From NCBI GenBank assembly GCA_964247055.1, contig OZ176056.1:1860001-1924000 (forward strand): DNA of 64,000 nucleotides, given 5' to 3'. Position numbers and translations under genes: made by a program. Positions within the stretch are counted from its first letter, which is position 1. Each line of letters starts with the position of its first letter. Below, one piece after another: positions 1-12,162 of the stretch. The stretch comes from Paragordius varius (lineage: Eukaryota; Animalia; Nematomorpha). The notes under the pieces were generated by a model. That model was not told the origin of the DNA, searched no databases, and saw only the letters and a list, made by a program, of their open reading frames with translations.

Positions 1-2130
1 AATTGATTGAAAACAGATTTTGCCGGACGGTTTATTGTAAGATTTGGCTAACTTGAGTTTACTGTAAAGGACTAAACAGATTAAAGTATTATTGTGTACA
101 TCCACTCATCACCGCAGCCCCAATTCAGTAACAAGATAGACGGTGTTTTGGTTGTTAACGAGTTGAGAATTGATTGAAAACAGATTTTGCCGGACGGTTT
201 ATTGTAAGATTTGGCTAACTTGAGTTTACTGTAAAGCACTAAACAGATTAAAGTATTATTGTGTACATCCACTCATCACCGCAGCCCCAATTCAGTAACA
301 AGATAGACGGTGTTTTGGTTGTTAACGAGTTGAGAATTGATTGAAAACAGATTTTGCCGGACGGTTTATTGTAAAGACTTGGCTAACTTGAGTTTACTGT
401 AAAGGACTAAACAGATTAAAGTATTATTGTGTACATCCACTCATCACCGAAGCCGCCCATCAGTAACAAGATAGATGGTGTTTTGGTTGTTAACGAGTTG
501 AGAATTGATTGAAAACAGATTTTGCCGGACGGTTTATTGTAAGATTTGGCTAACTTGAGTTTACTGTAAAGGACTAAACAGATTAAAGTATTATTGTGTA
601 CATCCACTCATCACCGCAGCCCCAATTCAGTAACAAGATAGACGGTGTTTTGGTTGTTAACGAGTTGAGAATTGATTGAAAACAGATTTTGCCGGACGGT
701 TTATTGTAAGATTTGGCTAACTTGAGTTTACTGTAAAGGACTAAACAGATTAAAGTATTATTGTGTACATCCACTCATCACCGAAGCCCCAATTCAGTAA
801 CAAGATAGACGGTGTTTTGGTTGTTAACGAGTTGAGAATTGATTGAAAACAGATTTTGCCGGACGGTTTATTGTAAGATTTGGCTAACTTGAGTTTACTG
901 TAAAGGACTAAACAGATTAAAGTATTATTGTGTACATCCACTCATCACCGCAGCCCCAATTCAGTAACAAGATAGACGGTGTTTTGGTTGTTAACGAGTT
1001 GAGAATTGATTGAAAACAGATTTTGCCGGACGGTTTATTGTAAAATTTGGCTAACTTGAGTTTACTGTAAATGACTAAACAGATTAAAGTATTATTGTGT
1101 ACATCCACTCATCACCGAAGCCCCAATTCAGTAACAAGATAGACGGTGTTTTGGTTGTTAACGAGTTGAGAATTGATTGAAAACAGATTTTGCCGGACGG
1201 TTTATTGTAAGACTTGGCTAACTTGAGTTTACTGTAAACAAAATAAAGTATTATTATGTACATCCACTCATCACCGAAGCCTCAATTCAGTAACAAGATA
1301 GACGGTGTTTTGGTTGTTAACGAGTTGAGAATTGATTGAAAACAGATTTTGCCGGACGGTTTATTGTAAGACTTGGCTAACTTGAGTTTACTGTAAACAA
1401 AATAAAGTATTATTATGTACATCCACTCATCACCGAAGCCCCAATTCAGTAACAAGATAGATGGAGTTTTGGTTGTTAACGAGTTGAGAATTGATTGAAA
1501 ACAGACCGGACGGTTTATTGTAAGATTTGGCTAACTTGAGTTTACTGTAAAGGACTAAACAGATTAAAGTATTATTGTGTACATCCACTCATCACCGAAG
1601 CCCCAATTCAGTAACAAGATAGACGGTGTTTTGGTTGTTAACGAGTTGAGAATTGATTGAAAACAGATTTTGCCGGACGGTTTATTGTAAAGACTTGGCT
1701 AACTTGAGTTTACTGTAAAGGACTAAACAGATTAAAGTATTATTGTGTACATCCACTCATCACCGAAGCCGCCCATCAGTAACAAGATAGATGGTGTTTT
1801 GGTTGTTAACGAGTTGAGAATTGATTGAAAACAGATTTTGCCGGACGGTTTATTGTAAAGACTTGGCTAACTTGAGTTTACTGTAAAGAACTAAACAGAT
1901 TAAAGTATTATTGTGTACATCCACTCATCACCGAAGCCGCCATTCAGTAACAAGATAGATGGTGTTTTGGTTGTTAACGAGTTGAGAATTGATTGAAAAC
2001 AGATTTTGCCGGACGGTTTATTGTAAGATTTGGCTAACTTGAGTTTACTGTAAAGGACTAAATAGGTTACCGTTTTATTGTTTTTTACCACCACTCATCA
2101 CCGAACCCACCGATTTTCAAAACAAGAGAA
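1..2130. repeat. Satellite array 1 (167/168-bp monomer, ~12 copies in window, continues past left edge)
   Basis: Head-to-tail repeat of CCACTCATCACCGAAGCCCCAATTCAGTAACAAGATAGACGG...GTGTACAT. Ends in a degenerate terminal unit (AAATAGGTTACCG, from ~2060). Confidence 0.98.
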
Positions 2131-2604
2131 GGTTGTAGGGTTTATGTATTCTATTTGTGTGTTATTATTTAAAAAACATTAACTTTAATAAAATGATTGT
2201 TGCTTAAATTATATATGCTCATGTTTTAAGCATTTTGTACAATAACGAGAAAAAGCTATTTCACAAATATTAATATTACAAACACAACATGGAAAAATTG
2301 AAAAATATTTTTTTAAAGACTACTCTACTTATTCATAAATTATAATTCCCATGATTATAAAAATAAGATAATACCAATTTACATCTCTAATACCCATTTC
2401 ACAAACCAAATAGTTTATTAAAATTTAAAAAAAACAAAAAAAGATATCGTTGTTTTTAATTTTTACATGTTGTCTCTGTAATTTGAATTACTGTAAGTTT
2501 CGTATGAAATAATGCGAAAATTTTAAAAATATAAAGATAATAACTTATAAGAAAATCGACTTTTTATAAAATAACCAGGTCTCATATTTTCACAAACCAT
2601 TTTA

Positions 2605-2750
2605 AGTTTCACAATCTGCGTGCAATTTACTCGAATAACAAAATCTTAAACATCAATCTTATTACTGAAAATTGGCGGTGTAATCAGTGGATGTAAAACA
2701 CAATAATTTGATAATCTGTGTAGACCGTTACAGTAAAATCAAGTTAAATC
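2605..2750 (-). repeat. Single inverted, diverged satellite monomer (unit 1)
   Basis: Plus strand reads TTACTGAAAATTGG..AGTGGATGTAAAACACAATAAT..TAATCTGTGTAGACCGTTACAGTAAAATCAAGTTA, matching the reverse complement of the monomer. Confidence 0.85.
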
Positions 2751-3154
2751 CCTATCCGTAGGTTAGTGATAATAAAATTCCTAAATTTGATATTGATTAA
2801 TGTTTACAACAACTCTTCCTAATGATACTTAATATAAACTGGGGTCCATAAAATAGATGACGGTGAATTATTGAATCATCGAAGAGAGATCTTTTATCAA
2901 CAAAAGCGTAATGTAGAATATTAAGCAAATAAAACCCCAACACATTCGATTAGGTATATATTTATATCTATTAGCCATAATAACTAAAATTTATTTGTAG
3001 TTTCCAGGATATACTATAGATGGATCATTAAAAAAGGGGTTAATCTGTAAATGAATTAATCAAACATATCACATCGTAGTTTAAACCACCGCCCGATAAC
3101 CCCCCATATTTATTTTAATTATATAATAGTTTTTTTTGAAATTTAGTTTCATGA

Positions 3155-4529
3155 TTAGCAGTGATTCGTTTGAACATAAACACGATGGGAACTTGCTTCT
3201 GTGGATGCGGCATCTTGATCTATAAAGACTGGTCTAACCACAATCTCGTATTCCGTATCGGGCAAAACATATGCGAAACGATAATTATCAGAAACCGCCT
3301 AAAAAAAGAAATGCATACATTAGTTATTATAGAAAATACATAAAATTTTTGGGTCGTACGAATATATTTATAAGAGAAATACAGTAAAAATTGATGCTTA
3401 TACAGACAGAACATCTCTAATATTTTACAGTAAAAATTGAAAATTATAGAGAGAACAGTAAAAATATAAAGATATATACTTTTTCAACATAATCATACTA
3501 TAAACCATTTACAGAAATTATTTTATTACGATTGGAAAATAACATAATTAATCGTATTACCAAAATAGATTTTTATTTCATACTCTGAAATTACAAAACT
3601 ATGAATAATATTTAAAAATACGTTTTATAAATTACAGCAGACTTTAAAAAAATATTTGTCTTTATATTTTTACGTTCGTCCGTATAATTTCATGATTTAC
3701 TATAAAAAAGGCAAATTATAATATAATATAAATTCAGAAAACTAGTTAAAAAACGTACTCGTCTGCCTTTATATAATGATTCAAATATATGACTCCTAAT
3801 AACCATATATACATTGTCATAAAGTCTTATATTTCGTGGTTTAAACCGAAGATATTTATAGTTTCAGATTTTGGGTAAAAAAGCTTGTCATAAATTTAAA
3901 ATTATTAAAAATCTATCAAAAATATACCGAAATAAATCCTCTTTTAGTTGGTAAATCTTTCCCTGGGCTACTCAAGAAAATTTCTAGGCCACGGATGTCT
4001 TTTGCTTTTTCAGGATAATTAATTAAGGGGTTGGCAAGAAAAACTAATAAATCTAAAGAATTTGTATTTCCAGCGGTTGTGCCATTTATCAGGGATACGC
4101 CTTTTATTTTGACCACCCACCTGGACAAATCTATATATAACGTTAAAAAGATGTTTTTAAAAAAATATGCGTAAAATTACAAAATTTAATGTATATTACC
4201 TTCCTGATTAAGAACATATTGTCCCACATTGTTAAGACTAACTACACCATATATCAAAGCTTGTTTAAAATCAATCAAACATCAATCTAATTAAAACCGT
4301 TTATACAATAAAAACGATGTAAAATTTTGTGAAAACCAAACCTTAACTTTTTAATATTATTATTGCTTTATTTAAATTTATATGACGCGTTCAATTGTTT
4401 TTAAAAGATCAGATAACTGAGAAACTATTTATTCCAATTACAATTTAAAATTGAAGTTTTCAGGAATCAGTAAAAGTAAGAAAATGTATAAAATTCCATT
4501 TTATATATACTTATAATAAATTTAATGGC
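3155..4529 (-). CDS. Small multi-exon gene with a diverged fibronectin type III-like C-terminal domain (copy A); true start uncertain
   Basis: GT-AG exons 4511-4529, 4200-4259, 3928-4130 and 3155-3298 join in frame: AIKFIITLIYGVVSLNNVGQ...NSLDLLVFLANP...DIRGLEIFL...YVLPDTEYEIVVRPV...HRVYVQTNHC*. The LPDTEYEIVV and terminal V-x-T pattern is FN3-like. Several differences from copy B are synonymous in this frame. Confidence 0.7.
3382..3702. mobile_element. Degenerate Tc1/mariner-type MITE (CAGTAAAAA family)
   Basis: Starts TA|CAGTAAAAATTG; inverted TTGTCTTTATATTTTTACGTTCGTCCGTATAATTTC near the end; same family elsewhere in the window. Confidence 0.5.
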
Positions 4530-5033
4530 CTTAAATACATAAATTTAAATATAATTAAGCAAATATTTAATAGTTTAAATCTTTATTTAATAAAAAAAAA
4601 TCCTAAAAATTGATCTTAGGTAAAATAAATTAACATATAATACTTGAAATTTTTCAGCAATAAGTTTATCCAACCATTCGGTATCAAAATTATTTTTTTG
4701 AAAACTTTCCGTTTCCAACAAAGTTATAAGGTATTCAACAGTAGTTCTAAAATCACCCTTAATCGATAACTCTTTAAGGCCAACAACCAAATTCCTAAAT
4801 TAATTAAGAATTAAGCGAAACAAACTGTAAATTATTCGAAATTAAATTGGAAATGTACTAAATTTGTAAAAAAAATTATTTAGTAAATTAAAAATTTTTA
4901 AAAATAATACCCGGAAAATGTAATTCAAAAATTTATATTTAACACCCCAAAATAACATATTTTTTAAAAAAGTTTATGAAAGATTAATATTATTGTTAAA
5001 CTTTGACTCAAAAATCCGAAATCTAATATATGA

Positions 5034-5079
<46 letters not shown>

Positions 5080-5083
<4 letters not shown>

Positions 5084-5314
5084 TTACAATTCAAATTCCC
5101 CCTTAAACAATTCAATCACCCTAGAATAATTCAAATTCATCTAAAATATGTTTTTTAAAAATTAAACTATGCCATAAAAATATTTTCATTTTAATGATGA
5201 GTTATATTAGTTTGAAAACACATAATTTATTTCTAGAGTGAATTAAAAGTGTTCGGGGTGAATTTAAATCGTTTGGGGTGAATTTGAATTGTTCAAGGGA
5301 TTTAAACTGTAAAT

Positions 5315-5316
<2 letters not shown>
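5080..5316. mobile_element. MITE flanked by (TA)n microsatellites
   Basis: Terminal inverted repeats CAATTTACAATTCAAATTC / GAATTTGAATTG...TGTAAATGG, with (TA)n tracts at ~5038-5079 and ~5317-5351. Related copies at 25010 and 60445. Confidence 0.75.
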
Positions 5317-5353
<37 letters not shown>

Positions 5354-7278
5354 AATATCTTTTTTAATTAACATACTGATTTAAACTTAAATTATATAAA
5401 TATAAACAGATGGATGGTTTTTTAAAGAGGAAACTTAATTGACGATGCACAACAAGGTATAGAGGTGTAAATTAATGAAAATTAGTAACATAATTGGTGA
5501 GAAAAAATTAAACATTAATCATGATAATTTGCAAATATTTAATAAAATCAATTTTCTTATTTTAAGTCGATTATGTTGAACCAAATTTTTTAGCTAATAA
5601 ATTACTAAAGTGATAATAAAAATATAATTATCATTCACTATTTTTATAACCTATTTTAGAGATATAACTTTTGTAAAACATATATAAATTAAAAATTTTA
5701 ACAATTTTGAAAAGTATATTTTGCCGAAAATAAACCCAAAAATTGATACCTGTTTAAAAGCTATTGGAAAATCTTCAGGCTTTAATACTTTACGTATTCC
5801 TTTACCTCCACCACCTTCAGAAGCTTTAATCATAATGGGGTATCCAATTTTTTTGCTCATCTAAAAAAAATTTTTGTTTAAAATATAATAAATATAAAAA
5901 ATTAGATATAAATGCCATAATTTGATTCAAACTTTAAGTTAAAGACAGAAATTTCTTTTTTTTAAAAAAAAAATTTTGCTTTAACTTGATTTTTTGATAT
6001 AATATATTTCTTTTTGAGTTGCGATACAATTAAAAGATAATAATTGGTAATTTCATTATAAATTTCTCTCGATTATGCAAGGTATAAAGCTAAAATCAAA
6101 GATATGAAAATAGTTGCAATAAATATTATTCTTCATTTGTTTTTACATATTATAAATTATAATTATGCTATATATATATATCATAACTAAGCTTTTGACA
6201 TATAACCTTCAAAAATTAACCAAAAACCAATATACTTTTTAAAAAACACCCTTAAAAACCCCCAAAAAACTCGAAAAAAAATCTCTATAAACTTGTAATC
6301 CTTGTTCACAGTTTGAGATACAAGCCGATTCATATATTTCCGTTGGGATCAAGCTATTCAAATTATCCAAATCATAATAAGTTGCGGTGTTTTGCGATGC
6401 TGAAGTAGAAACACTATTTCCTACATTGGTTATTTGTTTGGTTGTTGAAACAGTAATACTCTTAGTCATGAGGGATTGATTAGCAAAATGTTCGGCATTT
6501 ATACTTTGTTGTAGGGAGCGACTTTTGACCTCTAAATTTTCAATCTCTATGCCTGCATATAATATTGGAATAAACTAAATTATAAAACGGACAAAATGTG
6601 AAAACTAAGGACAAATATTTTTTCAAAAGTTCGCTATATTGTTTATTCCCACATATAAGCAGATTAAAATGTACCTTTTATTCTTAAAGGTTTAAATAAA
6701 AGCTTACTCATAAAACAAAAAAATATTCGTCGAAAAACACCCCCTTAAAATTCTATAACTCATCCCCTTATATATTTAATTTCTTAGCCTAAATATCCAC
6801 TTATAGTAATTTAAATGCTATTCACATAAATTATGAAAACCCTTAAAAACCATAATTAATTTCCAGACCAAGGTATAGATATGAGGACAAATTATATTTT
6901 TTATGCAAAAGATCAATAAAAATTTATAAAAACAGCCTTGATACCTTTAAACCTTAATAATATCTACAGGAGTGTTACAAATATTGTTGATTCAATTTAT
7001 ATACACCTCTTAAATTCATTAAAATACTAAAAACCTCGCAAAACTTCTAGTCAAATACATGCATTGCCAATACTAATGGGTTAAAATCATTCTCTTATAT
7101 ATGCTTAATATCTTAGCCAAAATATTTATAATTTTATCATAAAAACTCGAAAAGCCCTATAAAAATTTGAAAAAACCCACTATAACAATCATAAAACCTT
7201 TAATACCCTTTAAGATCACCTCAAAAAACACTGATAACTCTCTAAAAACTCCATATACCCCCTTAAAAGTCAAACCAA

Positions 7279-7375
7279 ATCCACTCCAAGCCAGAGTAGG
7301 AACATGGGTGATTGTGCGCAAACACCGTAAAAGCTATTTTATCACACCAAAGGCCATAGCAAATTCCGAAGGGTC
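7279..7375 (-). pseudogene. Decayed duplicate of the 3' end of ACC exon 3, inside intron 3
   Basis: Aligns by eye to ~7577-7676 (CCACTCCAAGCCAGAGTAGGAACATG...GCTATTTTATCAC...CATAGCAAATTCCGAAGGG) with substitutions and indels. Confidence 0.8.
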
Positions 7376-7889
7376 AAAATTATAACCTTATATATAATCT
7401 CCTAGTCAATATAACTAGCCTTTAAATAACTACTTTAATAATTCAAAAATTTTAATAAACTTCTCAAAATCCTATAAAAACCTTATTATAAAACGACAAA
7501 AATAATAAAAATTCCTCAAAACTTAAAAAGTTTAGAAACCACAAAACCTCAATTTAGATCTTAAAAGATTAACCTGATCCACTCCAGGCTAGGGTAGGAA
7601 CATGAGCGCTTTGTGCAATCAGCGTGGAGGCTATTTTATCACCCAGGGCATGCATAGCAAATGCCGAAGGGCCCAAGAAAGCCAGGTAGCGGTCCGCTAA
7701 AGCAAAAGGCAGGACCGGATTCTCACTAGCATGACCCCAACCGGCCCAAACTGCATCCGCCCCCGTCCGAACACAAATCTCTACAATGAGTTCAACGTTG
7801 GCGTAATTGTGATTGTTGGAACCGCCTGGAACCGGGACATATTGATCCGCCATTTTTATGTACTCTATTATTAATTTTAATAAGGGCTA

Positions 7890-7926
<37 letters not shown>

Positions 7927-10014
7927 ATGAAAGGAAGTATATATATTTTAATTTTAGAAAACTAAGAGATGGTTTTTCTATTACAAATATTATTTAAATT
8001 ATTTAATAGGATAACCTTCCCCATAAAAACCCCGAATGTGGGAAAAATAGATAATTTATTATAGGCATCAATCATGCTTTTTTAAAGAATATATTAAAGT
8101 TAAATTGTGTAATTTACAATTTAATCTTTTGTTATGATATAAAAAAATTATTAATTTATATAAAATTTAAAATAATATAAATTGAATTGTGAATCAGAGG
8201 GTTGTATAAAACCCACAAACCATTTCGCTAAGGTTTATTATAAAAATCGAAAAAGTTCAAGATCAGATAATTATTTAGAAAATCTATTAAATAAGAGGTG
8301 AAATTACAATTGCTTTTGCTTATAATTATTGATGTATATTTTACCAGCATTAGCTTTTAAATCTTCGGGAGTCACCATGACAACAAATTTTATCGCTCGT
8401 TCGTTTCGAAACATTTCGTATGCCCATCTTCGAATAGATCGCATACATTTAACCGCAGCTATACCATTGTTGGCAATAAGGATCTAAATTTAAACGTTAT
8501 AAAAATTACCTTTTGAATTAGAGTGGTTCCTCCAAATTTTATAACAAATTCTTCGGGATTGGATAGCGTAAGCGAACCATGTTTTGAAGTACTTATATTA
8601 TTAATTGATGTATCCAAAACACTAATATCGGATGACATAAAATTTGATTATAATAATTTAAAGCAAAAAAACACGCGTTTTTACGTGATTGTATGATATT
8701 GAAGCTGTGCCAATTTATTATACGAGAACAAGGGTACTATTGTTCAGCTCAAAATTATTTTTGTAGGTCCTTACTTATGATTTATTTATAAAGTATGGCA
8801 AATACTTTACTGTTGCAAAATACTAGCCAAATAAAAACTAAAAAAAAATAATATTATAAATTCAAGATAAAAAAAGAGTTTATAAATTAGTTTAGAATAT
8901 GTTTGGTAATTATGATTTGTGCTTAATATTTCGCGATTACATATAGGGTGATTATTGATCGAGAGTGCTCCCAATGGTATCCAAATCTTAAAACACGTAT
9001 TCTATGGCTTTGGTGCAGTGTGCGAAAATATATTTAAAACTGTATGATTTAAAAAAATTTACTTAACCTATTTTTTTGGTGTATATTTTAGAAAAAAACT
9101 AAAATTCTTTATATTTTTCCATTTTAACACTTTATATCCTTTTGAGGTAGTGTTAATCATAAAAATATTTTAAGCGTTAGGCTAAATTTAATGATATGCT
9201 GTTTTAGCCTCTTAGTATGATAAAATAAGGTAAAAATGCCTGTAAACTTTTTTCCTTAATATTTTTATATCGCAAATACAACAGGCAAATAAATGTATCA
9301 TTATGAAAAAGCTTTCGGATTATAGAAATTTTTGATATTTATCTAATATCAGCTACTTGCTTCAATCATGTTTTGGAGTTATCCGTTAGAATTAAAAATG
9401 TTAACTGTAAAAATTATAAATATTTTTATCTAGAAGACATATTGAAAAACAATTTTCAGTCAAATTGATTTTGAAACAGTTATTTTACGAAAATCTCTGG
9501 ATTAGAAAACCCCCTCAACATGCCATCTCGTACAGATAATGTAATAAATTGTTGACCATTTATTTAGTTTTGGAGTGAGTCTTTGGTTTTAAGTGTGAAA
9601 TTAAGAGTTAAGAAACTAGAATTTATAAAATATAACACTTATCTAATAAATTTAAATTAATTTTTATTTTATGGTTCTGACGTACAAATACCCCAAAATA
9701 TTTTTATCTATTCCACGTGCATAAAATAAAAGAAATGTTTATTCATTGAGGTAACATTTATAGAACAGCGGTTTATATATCAAAGGATATAGTTTGAAAA
9801 AATAAAAAGATAAAAGGGGAGTTAAATGGCTAAACTAAAATTATGTAATATAGGCATTTAAAAATAATTTATCAAATTTCAAACGTAAAAACAATTGTAT
9901 CCCGTTTTTTCCAATAGGGTAGATGTACATGTAGATATATTGTTTTAAACATTAATTTTTATAAGATTTTGTGAGCGAATGTTTGCCAATTATGATTTTC
10001 CTAATATTTCGCAG

Positions 10015-10165
10015 GTCGCACGTGAGGTCTTGGAGGGCCGCCTATTGGACAAATCTGGCTTGAATCAATTTTTTTCGAAGCATGTTATGGGCCGTTTTGA
10101 GATGTATTTATAATTATATATTTTTTCAGAAGCAATGCAGTTTCTGTTTTAAATTGTATTTTACA
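10015..10165 (+). CDS. Candidate exons of an unidentified plus-strand gene
   Basis: CGCAG|VAREVLEGRLLDKSGLNQFFSKHVMGRFE, then a 26-nt GT-AG intron (10104-10129), then in-frame ISNAVSVLNCILQ. No family recognised. Confidence 0.3.
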
Positions 10166-10356
10166 AGTTACATCTAATATTAACAATAAGTTACTAAACG
10201 ATTAGTCTGCTTTATTTTTCCCTTCAATTTTCGAAATAAAAAAAAATCAAATTTATTTATTGGATAAACAACTTTGTGAATAGTTTTGCCACAATATATC
10301 TATAGTATTCATATGGGAAATCTTCCAAAAATATTATATATTCAATAACAAATTAA

Positions 10357-12162
10357 TTATTCAGGCGCTGGTTTTAGATTTCCAATGGCTTCTTCCAAAA
10401 CTTCTAAAATTATGAATTAAATACAGTTACATTTATAATTATAATGTTTAACACTGTATGTTATAGTTTAAAATATATTTGTTATCTATATATATATATA
10501 TATATATACCTTTTGATATTTCAGGATCCTCCAATCCTAATGCATCTAGGATTATTATAAAAAATTGTTTATTTGGTTAAAGTGGAATTTTATTAATCCA
10601 GTGTAGTAAATAACAAATAAGATAATGTATTAAGTATTGTTAAATATTTTTTATATCTTAGGATGTATACTGTAAATAAAACTTCATTGTCAATTTATAC
10701 CGAGTTTCAAATTTTCTAGTTCTTAATTATTAGGAGTTTTTTATGTGTGACAGGATTATCAATTTGCTTATATTACAATCGATATAAAAATTAATAAAAT
10801 AATTTTTATAAATAATAAATTACTCTCAAATCCTTCTGGAAACATGGCGCCTATATCATTAAGAAAATATATAAAGTTATGCCATATAACCAAATATTTG
10901 ATATATTTAAATTAACAATATTTAAATAAAAAAATATATAATTAATTAAGTAATTTGTCAAGTTTTTTGATAAATTTTTTACCTGCATTTTATTTAACAA
11001 TTAATAATAATAATGTTAAAATTAATTACTTTCATTTGCTTTGTCGATTAAATCTAATTTAAGGTAGCATAATTATGAAAAAGTGATTCGCTATTATTTT
11101 CATAACATAAGGGTTTAATTGTTGAATGGATAAATATTTGATTTTTATTGATTAATTTTTTTTGAACATTCATAATTTTTTTGGTTTTATTATAGTGCTT
11201 CATGGATCTTCTTTCAAATTAAAACTGTAATTAGCTTTAAAATATAATTAATAACTATAAGCGGAGTAAAATAATTTATTTTTAAAGTAATATAATATAA
11301 AATGGTTATAATGACACTTTCCGAGAAGTTTTCGCGTTTGATAAAAAGATATGCTTTATACCTTGAATAGTGTCCATCATATCTATATACATTGTTTAAA
11401 GCCGAAAATATTTTTTTGTATTTGAATACATTAAAATACAAAAAATATACTGCTAATGCGCTCTTTCAAAGCTAAATTTGATATATATAATTTATTGATT
11501 TGTGAAATTTTTTAATTTTTAGTATTATAAAGCATACATTTTATGGATATTTTCATGCCGTCTAAATAATTTATAGAAATATTAAACAAAAGACACAAAG
11601 GTAATCTAACAAAAATCTTTCTCAAATATAAAAGAGTACTTGAAAAGTACCTGTCATTTTTTTCAAAATATTTAACAATTTTAATCCTATATGTGAGGTT
11701 GGAAATCAGCGTGTCTCCGAAACCTAAATGGCTTAAATAAATATATTTTAAAAACCGGCAGTTTTAATAATTATTCGAATTTATTGTTATTACTAATTTA
11801 GGTGATTTTAAACAAATGTCGTCAATTAATACACAATAATTTTTTTTAACATTATATAAATTTCATAACTTATCACAAAATTTATCACAATGTGGGCTCT
11901 TATAGTAATCTTTACATACAATTTTTTTTTCATTAAACCAATTTTATTTTAATTGTTTAAAAAAATACCAATTTTGGCCCGATCTATATAAAATTTAATG
12001 ATTTAATTAAAATTTTATAAATTATATTGCCATTAAAATTACTTATATTTTCTGGACCTAATCAAGAAGTAAAATATTTTAAAATATAATTTTTATAATG
12101 AAAACTATATAATAAAAATATATTACTAATATTTCGCGTTTCCTTCAAAAAGTTTTTTGATT
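10357..12162 (-). CDS. Micro-exon chain, 3' part of an unknown gene
   Basis: AG/GT-bounded exons 12127-12162, 12043-12057, 11969-11983, 11870-11909, 11651-11731, 11318-11382, 11030-11053, 10824-10850, 10701-10715, 10510-10545 and 10357-10403 join without stops, ending ...DALGLEDPEISKEVLEEAIGNLKPAPE*. Confidence 0.55.

Larger units (their letters stand above)
4644..8638 (-). pseudogene. ACC: Acetyl-CoA carboxylase, biotin-carboxylase region, copy A; lacks exons 6-10
   Basis: Exons 8510-8638 (MSSDIS...EEFVIKFGG), 8345-8483 ([23 protein letters not shown]), 7574-7864 ([13 protein letters not shown]), 6293-6552, 5750-5860 ([14 protein letters not shown]) and 4644-4794 ([15 protein letters not shown]). 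Joining exon 5 to exon 11 shifts frame to EFGCWP*. Confidence 0.9.

Noticed and set aside
3928-4259. Exons after ACC exon 11 as a diverged ACC BT domain
   Set aside because: No resemblance to the BT helix or barrel motifs I recall; the pattern fits FN3 better and ends in a stop.
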